Positions 17,716 to 27,774 of a stretch of 64,000 nt of DNA are shown here, in pieces. The position numbers and the translations under genes were made by a program. The stretch's first letter is position 1; every line of letters starts with the position of its first letter. Under the pieces are notes generated by a model. It was not told where the DNA came from. It did not search any database and saw nothing but the letters and a program-made list of their open reading frames with translations. The stretch covers positions 1-64,000 of the forward strand of contig JBMNQN010000001.1 of NCBI GenBank assembly GCA_050944155.1, given 5' to 3'. Source of the DNA: Candidatus Methanomethylophilaceae archaeon. GTDB lineage: Archaea; Thermoplasmatota; Thermoplasmata; Methanomassiliicoccales; Methanomethylophilaceae.

Positions 17716-19013
17716 ATGCATTGTCCCTATTGCGAGGCACGAAACGATGATGACAGTGATTTCTGCCATCATTGCGGAGCATATCTGGATATTCCTTCCG
17801 TTTCTGCCCCGGTCCGGAAAACAAAAGGAAACAAAAAGGCTGTACGAGCAGCGTCAGCTGTAGCCGTCATACTGATTTTAGCCGTTTTCTCGGGAATATT
17901 TCTTTGGACTTTGCCTTCGGGACAGACGCTGGAAACCGACGAATACGTAATTTACGGCAGCGGTTCCGTTGCGACCGGAGCGATACAAATCTCGGAATAC
18001 GAAGACGGAGATCCTTCGACGAAATCTGTTCGGTGACGTTCACCTGTTCGGCCAATACGGTTACGGGATATGTTTGGGGAATCAGGTCCATGGACGAATC
18101 CCTTCATTACAAAAGCGACGGGTACGCCGTCGATCGCATTCACACAATTCCGGCTGATGCGGTGTTCAGTCCGGACGGACGTTCGATGTCGTGCAATCTG
18201 ACTCCGGGACACTACTCGGTCAAAGTCAAAACGAATTTCCGCGAATACACGGGAACGGTCGCGTTTCAGGGGAAAGTCGTCAGAGACTACAGCTGGACTT
18301 TTTACGCGGACAACAATCCGACCGATTTCGATGTGACGCTTGATTTCGATTACGGCGAATGTCTTCCGGGAATCGAATACGACGGCAAAAGAAGGCTTTC
18401 GAACACGGACGAAACTTACGATTTGATCAGAGTTTTTTCCGCGCCATCGGAAATCACGGACCGGCTGGAATCCCGGCTGCGGGATGCGTACGCGTCGAAA
18501 TGGGGTCCGCCCGCGGAGAACGACGGCAGATACGCACAGTTCATTCTGACTTTTGTGCAGTGCGCATTCAGTTATCCTCCCAACCAGACGGAAAAAAATA
18601 TTCTGATAAACGCGGACGAGTTCGTTTACGGAACGAAAGAATATTGGGCGTTCCCTTCCGAAGTGATAATGCAGGGTCAGGGTGACTGCGAGGATACGTC
18701 TTTCCTCTGTTCAGCTCTGTTCAAGGCCGCCGGATACGATACTGCCGTGGTGTTTCTTCCAACACATGCAATGTCGGGTGTGGCCGTTTCCGGAATACTT
18801 CCCCTTTCCGACGGCAACAGCTATGTCGTGAAACAGACCGTGGCCGGGATAACGTATTACGGATGCGAAACCACGACCGAGGGTCAGTACCCCATAGGCT
18901 ACACGGCTCTGACGTATTTTGATTCCGACAGAACGAAGAGGCCGCTTACTTACGAGCTGGAGCCGGAAATTTCTTCGGTTCCGACGGACGATCTGGGATT
19001 TTTCCCGATATGA
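17716..19013 (+). pseudogene. zinc-ribbon + TM + transglutaminase-like protein split by a frameshift near 18010-18036 (or two coupled genes)
   Basis: ORF 17716-18036 has CPYC..CHHC and a TM helix; the -1 frame continues to 19013 with GDCEDTS, LPTHAMSGV and YGCETT (Cys-His-acid triad). Confidence 0.6.
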
Positions 19014-19847
19014 TTACGGAGACGAATCTGGAATCCATTCTCCGTCGTAGGTTTCCGTATCCGAAAAAACGATTTCGGAGCCTATGTCTGCAACCATTCT
19101 GTCGTGCATGGCAAGCGTTCTGATTCCAGTTGCCTTTTCGGCTTTTTCCGCCTGTTTTTCCGGACCGAGTCTTATCATGAGAATACCCAGATGTACGAAT
19201 ACCGCGGTTTCCGGCTTTACCGTTTTTATGAACTCTATGGCGGTTTCCGTGCACAGGTGTCCTCTGATTCTGCTTCCGTTCGGCGCGGTCACGGGCAGAA
19301 TGAGAAGTCTGCTTCCGACGTACTGTTCTGCGATTTCCGGCGCATAATCCGTATCGCTCACATAGGATACTATGCCGTCCGGAGTGTGAAATTTAAAACC
19401 GACGTTGGTGCGGTCGCTGTGAATCGATCTGCATATTTCGGTTTTCATCCCTTCTATTTCCAGTACGTCTCCAGGATTCAGTACGGTGCAGGAGGAAATG
19501 ATGTTTCTGTGGTATGCCGAAATACAGGGCCCCAGATTTCCCCTTCCTTCAAGGACGGTGGGGCTTCCGTAAAGATTTCCCCTCTTTTTCATGCCCCCGA
19601 AGGACATCCCCTCGATTGCCGACTCGGCATCGGCGTAATGGTCGGGATGGCAGTGGGATACTATCACTGAGCCGGTGCGGGTCAAATCGTAATGGATTTT
19701 CTGCATCTGGGTCAGTGCTCCGGGCCCGGGGTCCACATGTACGATTCTGTTTCCGTTCATGAGGAGGAAACCTCCCGTACTCCGGGTCTGGTACATGGTG
19801 GTATGACGACCTCCGCCTGTACCGAGAAAAACGATGCGGGTCGGCAT
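19014..19847 (-). CDS. MBL-fold metallo-hydrolase
   Basis: FLGTGGGR, VDPGPG, SHCHPDH, YVSDT. Confidence 0.88.
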   Translation of the reverse strand: MPTRIVFLGTGGGRHTTMYQTRSTGGFLLMNGNRIVHVDPGPGALTQMQKIHYDLTRTGSVIVSHCHPDHYADAESAIEGMSFGGMKKRGNLYGSPTVLEGRGNLGPCISAYHRNIISSCTVLNPGDVLEIEGMKTEICRSIHSDRTNVGFKFHTPDGIVSYVSDTDYAPEIAEQYVGSRLLILPVTAPNGSRIRGHLCTETAIEFIKTVKPETAVFVHLGILMIRLGPEKQAEKAEKATGIRTLAMHDRMVADIGSEIVFSDTETYDGEWIPDSSP

Positions 19848-19953
19848 GCACACTCCAACGCTTCGGATCTATATCCCTTTTTTCGGCCGCTGCCGTGTCC
19901 GGACGTAACAAAAGTGGACAAATGTTAAACCGAAATACGTGGTTGACGCATTC

Positions 19954-21243
19954 ATGCTGACAGTTTTCCGAGGCGGTTGGGTTGTTACCCAGAACGCGGA
20001 AAGAGATATCTTCGAAGGCGACGTCGCCGTCGACGGGGAGAAAATAATCTACGCGGGCCCCGAGTTCAAAGGGTCCGCCGACAGGACAATCGATGTTTCC
20101 GGCGACATAGTCATGCCCGGTCTGATTAACACCCACACCCACGTCGCGATGTCCGTGATGAAAGGTTCTCTGGACGACCTTCTGTTTCCGGATTTTCTGA
20201 ACGCCAGTTTCAAAGTGGATGCGGACAGAACCGACGCGGACATCGAGCTGGGAACCAAGCTGGGCTGCATGGAGATGATCCGCGGGGGAACCACCACCTT
20301 CATGGATCTGTATTATTCCGAGGACGTAATCGCCAAAGCGGTAAGCCAAACCGGAATCCGGGGAGTATTGTGCTGGTGCGTTTTGGACGAAGATAAAACG
20401 ACCCAGACAGGAAATCCTCTGAAAAACTGTGCCGGATTCTGCGCCTCCCACAAGAACATGAGAAAAATAATTCCCGGCGTCGGACTCCAGGGAGTGTACG
20501 TCTGCAGCGAAGAGACATGCATCGGAGCCAAAGAGCTGTCGGACAGGGAAAACTTGCCCATGAATTTCCATCTCTCCGAGACCCGGGGAGAGGTGAACGC
20601 ACACCGCAAAGCAACCGGCAAAAGACCCGCCGAATGGCTTTACGACATAGGCGTTCTGGGACCCAGAGGCGTGGCTGCCCATTCCGCGTGGCTCACCCTG
20701 AACGAAATCAGGCTCATGGGAGAATCGGGATTATCCGTATCCTCCTGTCCCGTTTCAAATATGAAACTCGCCACGGGCGGAGTTGCCCCGGTACCGGAAT
20801 TCGAGACATCCGGAGTCAACGTTTCCGTGGGAACCGACGGCAGTACGACCAACAATTCGCTGGACATGTTCGCCGAAATGAAGACGCTGGGTCTTCTGCA
20901 GAAAGCCGGCAGATGGGACGCAACCGTCGCCGGAGCGCAGTCTCTGCTCGATTACGTAACGGTCAACGGAGCGAAAGCCGTGGGCATGGCCGACAGAATA
21001 GGCTCCCTGGAACCCGGAAAATATGCCGACATAATCGTTTTGGACGGAAAGGCCCCCAATTTGAGACCCCTCGTCCGCGAGAACATCGTCGGAAACCTGG
21101 CGTATTCGGCATCGGGACACAATGTGAAGCATACGATGTGCCAGGGAGACCTGGTTATGGAAGACCGCGAGATTGTTTCCTTCGATACGGAATCGGTTCT
21201 GGACGGAGCGGAAGACGTCTGGAGACAGCTTTGTCTGAGGTAA
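19954..21243 (+). CDS. amidohydrolase, methylthioadenosine/S-adenosylhomocysteine deaminase-like
   Basis: PGLINTHTH, FHLSET, AAHS, CPVSNMKLATG, GTDGSTTNNSLDMF, GSLEPGKYAD. Confidence 0.88.
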   Translation: MLTVFRGGWVVTQNAERDIFEGDVAVDGEKIIYAGPEFKGSADRTIDVSGDIVMPGLINTHTHVAMSVMKGSLDDLLFPDFLNASFKVDADRTDADIELGTKLGCMEMIRGGTTTFMDLYYSEDVIAKAVSQTGIRGVLCWCVLDEDKTTQTGNPLKNCAGFCASHKNMRKIIPGVGLQGVYVCSEETCIGAKELSDRENLPMNFHLSETRGEVNAHRKATGKRPAEWLYDIGVLGPRGVAAHSAWLTLNEIRLMGESGLSVSSCPVSNMKLATGGVAPVPEFETSGVNVSVGTDGSTTNNSLDMFAEMKTLGLLQKAGRWDATVAGAQSLLDYVTVNGAKAVGMADRIGSLEPGKYADIIVLDGKAPNLRPLVRENIVGNLAYSASGHNVKHTMCQGDLVMEDREIVSFDTESVLDGAEDVWRQLCLR

Positions 21244-21245
21244 GG

Positions 21246-22721
21246 TCAGAGCTGGCATGACGCAAGTCTGCAGATTGAGACCTTTACCGATTCTCTCAGT
21301 TTTTTATTTTTGTATTTCTCCATACTGTATTCGGTGGACTTTTCGAGATCCTTCAGAAACGCTTCGGTCAGCATCTCTCCCAATTCTTTCGAATATATCA
21401 TCGCGTTCGTCTCGAAGTTGAGATTCATGCTCCTTTCGTCCACGTTCGCCGACCCTATCGAGCAGTAAAAAGAATCGGCGACTATAGCCTTCGAATGGAG
21501 GAATCCGTTGTTGTAGTGGTAGACTCTCACACCGGACTCCATAAGCTGATTCGCATAGTACAGATTCACCCAATAGACGAAAGGATGGTCGGGTTTGTCG
21601 GGTATGATTATCCTGACGTCCACTCCGGAAATGGCCGATATTTTCAGCATGGCCATCGTGGCGTCGTCGGGTATAAGATACGGAGTGTGAATGTACAGCG
21701 TCTTTTTGCACCTGGAGAACATCATGAGATACTGGGCCCTAATGGGGCTGTTCGCCAGCATGTCTGGGCCCCCGGAGATTATCTGAACGGGAATATCCCC
21801 CGGGTCCGATTCCGGGTTGTAGAATCTTTTTTCCGTGGTAATGTCTTCTTTTACGGCATATCTCCAATCCGTAAGGAACCTTATCTGCATGGAAAGCACG
21901 GCAGGTCCGACGATTCTGGCCCCGGTATCCCTCCAATACCCCAACGGGCCGTCGCCGACGTATTCCATTCCTATGTTGAATCCGCCGATCCACCCTATTT
22001 TTCCGTCGATGACCATAATTTTGCGGTGGTTTCTGTTGTTTTTGCGCGGACTGAGCAGGCACGTCGCCAGACTGTGGAACAGAGAAAACCCCCCTCCGGC
22101 CTCGACGAATCTTTTGATATTTTCTTTAAGGCCTTTGCCGAACCCATAGGCATCGCACAGAATTCTTACTTCGACGCCTTCGTTCACCTTTTCGGTAAAA
22201 AGGTCTATCAGCTGTTTGCCGAATTCGTCGTCTCTCATCATGTAGAATTCGAAGTTTATCGTATCTTCGGCGTTACGTATATCGTCGATCATGTCTTTGA
22301 AATAATCCGTTCCGTCGGAGTAGACTTTGACGCTGTTGTTTTCTGTATAAATGTACCCTGCGTTCATCAGAACGTCTATGAAATCGCTGCAGTTCGGGTG
22401 AATCGCATCCAGTTTGGGTCTGTCTTTTTCGAACGTCCTCCATTGTTTTTCGACCGTTTTTCTGAAAGCATCGTCCCCGTGGGCTTTGGAACGGAACGCG
22501 TACCGGGGATAGAACGTCTGGCCGAAAACCAGGTATAAAATGAAACCCGCCGGAGGAAAAAGTATCATGACGAGAATCCACAGCATCGTTCCTTTGGGAT
22601 TCGAGCGCTCCAGGAAGAGAGTGAACAATATGAAAACGAAGTTTATGGGAATCATAAACAGTATTATGTCTCCGGAAAAACTGCCCGTAATGTAATCTCC
22701 GGGAATGGTGATTCCAAACAT
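21246..22721 (-). CDS. cls: cardiolipin synthase (phospholipase D family)
   Basis: Two HKD motifs (NHRKIMVIDG, LHSKAIVAD), N-terminal TM segments, WRDT. Start MFGITI overlaps the upstream stop (TAATG). Confidence 0.9.
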   Translation of the reverse strand: MFGITIPGDYITGSFSGDIILFMIPINFVFILFTLFLERSNPKGTMLWILVMILFPPAGFILYLVFGQTFYPRYAFRSKAHGDDAFRKTVEKQWRTFEKDRPKLDAIHPNCSDFIDVLMNAGYIYTENNSVKVYSDGTDYFKDMIDDIRNAEDTINFEFYMMRDDEFGKQLIDLFTEKVNEGVEVRILCDAYGFGKGLKENIKRFVEAGGGFSLFHSLATCLLSPRKNNRNHRKIMVIDGKIGWIGGFNIGMEYVGDGPLGYWRDTGARIVGPAVLSMQIRFLTDWRYAVKEDITTEKRFYNPESDPGDIPVQIISGGPDMLANSPIRAQYLMMFSRCKKTLYIHTPYLIPDDATMAMLKISAISGVDVRIIIPDKPDHPFVYWVNLYYANQLMESGVRVYHYNNGFLHSKAIVADSFYCSIGSANVDERSMNLNFETNAMIYSKELGEMLTEAFLKDLEKSTEYSMEKYKNKKLRESVKVSICRLASCQL

Positions 22722-23305
22722 TACTTTCCCCCGATGGGCCGGGCCGGATTTCCGACCGCAGTCGTACCTGCCGGCACGTCTTTGGTAACGACGGCTCCCG
22801 CTCCCACGATTGCGCCCCTTCCGATGCGGACGCCGGGAAGAATTATCGCTCCGGTACCGATCCAGGCGTCGTCTTCTATGATGACGGGTTTGGAAACCGT
22901 ACCCACGTTGCGGCGCCCCTCGGGATCCCGGGTATGGTCGGGAGTGACTATGGTGACGTTGGGACCAATCATTACGTAATTTCCTATGATTATCCTGTTG
23001 GAATCGAGAAAAACGCACCCGGTGTTTATTCTGACGCATTTTCCCAAATCGATGTTGAAACCCACGTCGCAGTAGAACGGAGGATTTATCACGGTTTCCG
23101 GATCGACTTCGGCCTGCAGAAGTTTTCCGAGAATTCCGTTGAGTTCTTCTCTGGTTTTGTATTTGGGTTCGTTGTATTCCGCGCAGACAGCCCTGGCTCT
23201 TTCGATTGCGGCCGCAAAGGAAGGATAGTCGGGATCGTCGTTGCTGAGCTCCACACCGGCGTATATTCTTCCGAAAAAGCTGTCTTCGGGATATTCCGTG
23301 CGCAT
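22721..23305 (-). CDS. sugar O-acetyltransferase (maltose/galactoside acetyltransferase family)
   Basis: PPFYCDVGFNI, hexapeptide repeats, WIGTGAIILPGV, GAGAVVTKDVP, GNPARPI. Confidence 0.88.
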   Translation of the reverse strand: MRTEYPEDSFFGRIYAGVELSNDDPDYPSFAAAIERARAVCAEYNEPKYKTREELNGILGKLLQAEVDPETVINPPFYCDVGFNIDLGKCVRINTGCVFLDSNRIIIGNYVMIGPNVTIVTPDHTRDPEGRRNVGTVSKPVIIEDDAWIGTGAIILPGVRIGRGAIVGAGAVVTKDVPAGTTAVGNPARPIGGK

Positions 23306-23520
23306 CGTCCCGAAATGAGTAAGCATGTTAATGTTTTTTATTATCGGACAACTCCATAATTCATGTTCCGTGCCGTAAGCTTTTTCCATTATTCTTTAAC
23401 CGGTTGCGTTTATCGGAGCAGTCTCCGCGCTTCGACCGTTTCCGTATAATAAATATCGATACGGATACTCCGTTTCGGAAAGTAAACTCCGTTGAAAAAT
23501 TTAAAATACGGTCCGCTTAT

Positions 23521-24480
23521 GTGCGTTTCAGAGGGATTCTCATTTCGGACAGTCCTATCGAGATAATAAACCTGACAAAGAGATACGGCAGCTTCGTTGC
23601 GGTGGACAATCTTAACCTGAAGATAAAACAAAACAGTTTCACCGGATTTCTGGGACCCAACGGTGCGGGAAAAAGCACCACTCTGAAGATTCTGACCAAT
23701 CTGAGCAGAGCCACCTCCGGGGAAGTTTATCTCAACGGAACAAACGTCGCCGAAAATCCCAAAAAAGCCCTTTCGGGCGTGGGAACGGTTGTGGAAACAC
23801 CCGAATTTTACGATTATCTTACTCCCGATGAAATCTTCCGCTACATCGGAGAAGTCCTGGGCATGAAATCCGAATCCATAAAGACCCAGACATCGGAAAT
23901 TCTCGAAAAAGTGAAAATGACGGAATGGGCGGACAAAAAAATCGGGACGTTCTCCAAAGGTATGAGGCAGAGGATTTCTCTGGGTCTTTCCCTTCTCGAC
24001 GACCCCAGCGTTATCATTCTCGACGAACCCACGTCGGGATTGGACCCCCGCGGTACCGCGGAAATGAGAGAGATTCTGAAAAATCTCAGATCCGGCAGCG
24101 ACGGACTTACGATTCTCATGAGCTCTCACATGCTTTACGAAGTCAGCGACCTGTGCGACCGTGTCGCAATGATCAACCACGGAAAACTTCTGTTGCACGA
24201 CGACCTCGACGCGGTTCTTTCCGAAAGCGGAATAAGAAAAATAGCCGTCAAAACCTGCCGCGACATAGATACGGCTCTGAGCAGGATACGCGGCGCGGAA
24301 AACGTAATCAAAGCCGAAATCAGAGACACGGAGATACACGTGGAACTCGAGGGCGACAGAGAGACCCAGTGCGCATTTATGAAAGCTCTTGCGGACATGG
24401 ACATCGGAGTGTACAGCATATCTCAGGACGTCAACACTCTGGAGCAGAAATACCTCGAAATGATAAAGGAGTCGAGATGA
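23521..24480 (+). CDS. ABC transporter ATP-binding protein
   Basis: GPNGAGKST, FSKGMRQR, IILDEPTSGLDP, SSH. Start uncertain (GTG 23521 or ATT 23542). Confidence 0.92.
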   Translation: MRFRGILISDSPIEIINLTKRYGSFVAVDNLNLKIKQNSFTGFLGPNGAGKSTTLKILTNLSRATSGEVYLNGTNVAENPKKALSGVGTVVETPEFYDYLTPDEIFRYIGEVLGMKSESIKTQTSEILEKVKMTEWADKKIGTFSKGMRQRISLGLSLLDDPSVIILDEPTSGLDPRGTAEMREILKNLRSGSDGLTILMSSHMLYEVSDLCDRVAMINHGKLLLHDDLDAVLSESGIRKIAVKTCRDIDTALSRIRGAENVIKAEIRDTEIHVELEGDRETQCAFMKALADMDIGVYSISQDVNTLEQKYLEMIKESR

Positions 24481-25289
24481 TGGCCGCGGACTACGCAGAC
24501 GATTTCAGACAGATGTTCGTCGTGACCAAAAACGAGATGATAAAGTACACCCGCGGGAAGAAAGCGATAATCCTTCTGGCAATAATTCTTCTCATATGGG
24601 GTTTGCTCACATCCACGGCGTTCATATTCGGTGACGGGATAGAGAAACCGGAAGAGCTCAGTATTTACATGGGCTTTGCATGGTTCCTCATAATAGCCGT
24701 CGTAACAATGTTTTCTTCCGGAACGATAGTCTCCGAATTCGAAGACCGCACGGCTCTCGTGCTCTTTACCAGACCGATCAGGAAAGTATCGATTTTCATC
24801 GGAAAAACCGTTGCGGCACTGGTTTTGGGCATACTGGCAGTATCGATTTATTTCTTCCTCAGTCTCGCAACCGTCGCAGCGTCCACGGGAAAAATACCCT
24901 CGTATTCGGGGCTTATGTTCCTGCTTCTCGTGGCGGGAACCTTTGCGGCAACCGGAGTTTCGCTGTTAATTAGTGCGGTTGTCAAAAAAGGCAATACCGC
25001 CGCGGTGCTTACGTTTTTCACGCTGTTGCTTATAACGAACATAATCTACTCTTCGCTGTTGTTAATCGCCAAGGTCGACCCCTGGTTCATGATCGATATC
25101 ATAACGAACGACCTGAATCTGGTTTTGGACATGGGGCCGACGCATATGGACAGCTACGTCGACAGTAGTCTTGGCATAGACATTCTATATCCGTCTTACA
25201 ACCCGTACAGAACCGTGGGCGTATGTCTGCTGTGGGGGGCCGTCGGAACGACGCTTTCGTACCTGTTGTTCAGACGCAAGGAAATCTGA
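24477..25289 (+). CDS. ABC-2 type transporter permease
   Basis: About six TM segments; IVSEFEDRTALVLFTRPI..FIGK motif; ATGA overlap with the ATPase. Confidence 0.88.
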   Translation: MMAADYADDFRQMFVVTKNEMIKYTRGKKAIILLAIILLIWGLLTSTAFIFGDGIEKPEELSIYMGFAWFLIIAVVTMFSSGTIVSEFEDRTALVLFTRPIRKVSIFIGKTVAALVLGILAVSIYFFLSLATVAASTGKIPSYSGLMFLLLVAGTFAATGVSLLISAVVKKGNTAAVLTFFTLLLITNIIYSSLLLIAKVDPWFMIDIITNDLNLVLDMGPTHMDSYVDSSLGIDILYPSYNPYRTVGVCLLWGAVGTTLSYLLFRRKEI

Positions 25290-25432
25290 AATCTCTGCGG
25301 GATTAATGGACAGGTCGGGGAGAATCGGACGTTCCAGGAGCTGTGTGCTGACGTGTTTATAGTAATCTTCTTGAATCAAAACATCCATAATCGGTTCTGA
25401 AGTACGGAGTACTTCGAAACGGTGGAAATCAC

Positions 25433-26290
25433 TTGTCGGAAATACTGATAGCCACGGACGGCAGCAAAGCCAGTGACGAGACCATCAAATACGGGCTCGA
25501 TTTGGCTGCTGCACTCGGATACGGCGTTTCGGCGGTTTATGTGGCAGACGAACCCATCGAAGAGGGAAAATACGAACCGACGCCCGGCGAAGAAGCGCTG
25601 ATGAACGCGGTCCAGGAAGGAAAGAACAGAGGAATAGAGGTCGAACGTTTTGTTCTGTTCGGAGCCCCTGCCGCCGAGATTGTGAAGAAAGCCAACGAGA
25701 TTCAGGCGAACGCGATAGTTCTGGGATCTACTATGCGTACGGCACTGGCACAGTGGTTCCTGGGAAGCGTGGCGGAGCGCGTAATCAAAATTGCGGGCTG
25801 TCCGGTCATCGTGGTCCGCAAATCCGAGAACGGGAATTCCGACGGCGGCGTGCTGAACAAGATGCTTATCGCGACCGACGGCAGCGAAGCGAACTCTTAC
25901 GCAGTGGATGCGGGACTCCGTCTCGCCTCCGCGCTGGGTACGAAAGTTACCGCAATGAGCGTTAACGATACGAGGGATGTCCCCCGCACCCGCGCCGAAG
26001 AGGCCAAGGCGGAGATGAACGACCGCAGCAAAGAGGCCGTGGCAGACGTTATGCAGAAAGGGTCCAAGTACGGAATAAACGTGGATCCTCTGATAGAAAA
26101 CGGAATCCCGCACAAGGAGATAGCGGCTGTTTCGGGGGATTACGACATGGTCGTAATCGGAACGCTGGGACGTACCGGATTTTTCGAAGCCAAGCTGGGA
26201 AGCGTGGCCGAAAAGGTGATAAAATTCGCCAAATGCCCCGTTATGATTGTCAGGGCGAACGATCACTTCGCTCCGGACAGGTCTATGTGA
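25433..26290 (+). CDS. universal stress protein with tandem USP domains
   Basis: Two LIATDGS...LGSVAE..IK..CPV repeats. Confidence 0.92.
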   Translation: MSEILIATDGSKASDETIKYGLDLAAALGYGVSAVYVADEPIEEGKYEPTPGEEALMNAVQEGKNRGIEVERFVLFGAPAAEIVKKANEIQANAIVLGSTMRTALAQWFLGSVAERVIKIAGCPVIVVRKSENGNSDGGVLNKMLIATDGSEANSYAVDAGLRLASALGTKVTAMSVNDTRDVPRTRAEEAKAEMNDRSKEAVADVMQKGSKYGINVDPLIENGIPHKEIAAVSGDYDMVVIGTLGRTGFFEAKLGSVAEKVIKFAKCPVMIVRANDHFAPDRSM

Positions 26291-26296
26291 ACCGTT

Positions 26297-26974
26297 TCAT
26301 CTTTTGGCTTTGAAACGGTACGGCACGTGTCTTGCATCGCAGAACGGTATGTTTCTGGAGTGTCCGCATCTGCACAGGACATAACGGTTTCTCGTCTCGT
26401 ATTCCCTGTCTTCTTCCCCGGATATCAGAGGTATTCCGCCTTTGACGTAATACCCTCCGCTGCAGTCTTTCTCCGGATCCTGGATAACCACAATCTCTTT
26501 TTCGAGCTCGTCCTCGTGTACTTTTCCGTCCTTGTCGTATGCGGTGAGACGTCCGGCGGGACATTCGCACGCCGCTCTTATTGCCATAGCTCTGTCTTCG
26601 GGGTTTCCGGAAGTTCTCACGAGGCCCCAGACTTTTCCTCTGTCGGTGTGGCAGAAACGTGCCAGAGCGCACCTGCCGTCGTCTTTAAGATCCAGAGTCT
26701 CTCCTTTGAGAACGTCCGCTCTTTCTTCATAGGGTGCCGTATCGGCCTTCTCTTTTCCGCCGAACCGAAGTTTGGAATGGCTTCCGTCGCAGAAAGGAGT
26801 GTTTTTCGAGTGTCCGCATCTGCATAACGAATAGGTTTCCTTCGTTTCCAGGGTTTCCACGTCTTCCCACACGTAACCTTCGCCCTTGGGCACGATTTTC
26901 TGAACCTTTATGGGAATTCCGCCTGACACTATGTACGGGCCGCTCTTCGTTATTTTTATGGTTTTATCCGGCAT
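26297..26974 (-). CDS. CDGSH iron-sulfur domain protein
   Basis: LCRCGHSKNTPFCDGSH and LCRCGHSRNIPFCDARH flanking a central ferredoxin-like CxxxxxC...CPAG segment. Confidence 0.9.
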   Translation of the reverse strand: MPDKTIKITKSGPYIVSGGIPIKVQKIVPKGEGYVWEDVETLETKETYSLCRCGHSKNTPFCDGSHSKLRFGGKEKADTAPYEERADVLKGETLDLKDDGRCALARFCHTDRGKVWGLVRTSGNPEDRAMAIRAACECPAGRLTAYDKDGKVHEDELEKEIVVIQDPEKDCSGGYYVKGGIPLISGEEDREYETRNRYVLCRCGHSRNIPFCDARHVPYRFKAKR

Positions 26975-27183
26975 TTCCGCATTCACTCCCCGAACGGCAT
27001 ATATGCGATGCCGTTTCCTGAGATATCGGATGCATTGTCGGCTTATTTCCTTTTGCCGTTATAAGGGCCTGGTTTCCCCCACCGTTCATTCCCGTTATGC
27101 TACACATCCGGAATAATCGCGGCCGTCCGCTTTTCGCAGAAAATCTGCGGAATGATAATAAGTCTTCAATAACATGAGGTTAC

Positions 27184-27753
27184 GTGGATGCGTTAACGGT
27201 CGTCGCGGTCATACTGCTCGTGATTTTGCTCGCAGTTCTTGTGCTTATTCTCAGGAACGAGTTCCATATCGGAGGTCAGAATCTTCTGGACATAATCAGA
27301 GACAGGAAGATAACCTCTGCCGGATGCTGTTATTATCCCGAAGAGGGAGAACTGGAACTTGCCGAAGAGTTCGGAGGCAAAACCGTAAAAATGAGGGTTC
27401 TCGACGACGATTTCATACGTTCCGTTTCCAACGGGGGAGTTTTTGCGGTGTATCTTAAGGACGGCAGAGTCGACGAATCCGAAAACATAATGGTTTCGGA
27501 AAAACCGATAAACATGGAGGCTGCCAGAGCGATAATGGCCGCATCGGGACCCAGGGGCACCAACGGCGTGATCAATCTTTACACCTACAAAGAAGACGAT
27601 GCGCTGTACATTGCCGGAGGAGACCCGGAGTGTGTTCCCGTTCTTCACGTTTCCGAAGAGGTCAGGGGATTCAAACACTATCACAGATTCGTCAGGGATA
27701 CGGAATCCGGACCCGAACGTTCGCCGAGAATATTTTTCGGAAACCGCGTATAA
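27184..27753 (+). CDS. hypothetical protein with N-terminal membrane anchor
   Basis: GTG start after GAGG; hydrophobic N-terminus. Confidence 0.65.
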   Translation: MDALTVVAVILLVILLAVLVLILRNEFHIGGQNLLDIIRDRKITSAGCCYYPEEGELELAEEFGGKTVKMRVLDDDFIRSVSNGGVFAVYLKDGRVDESENIMVSEKPINMEAARAIMAASGPRGTNGVINLYTYKEDDALYIAGGDPECVPVLHVSEEVRGFKHYHRFVRDTESGPERSPRIFFGNRV

Positions 27754-27774
27754 GCCGTCGGAATACGGTACGTT

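Noticed and set aside
22722-23039. N-terminal extension of the 597-aa cls ORF
   Set aside because: It overlaps the acetyltransferase in another frame; the real start is MFGITI at 22721 with TAATG coupling.
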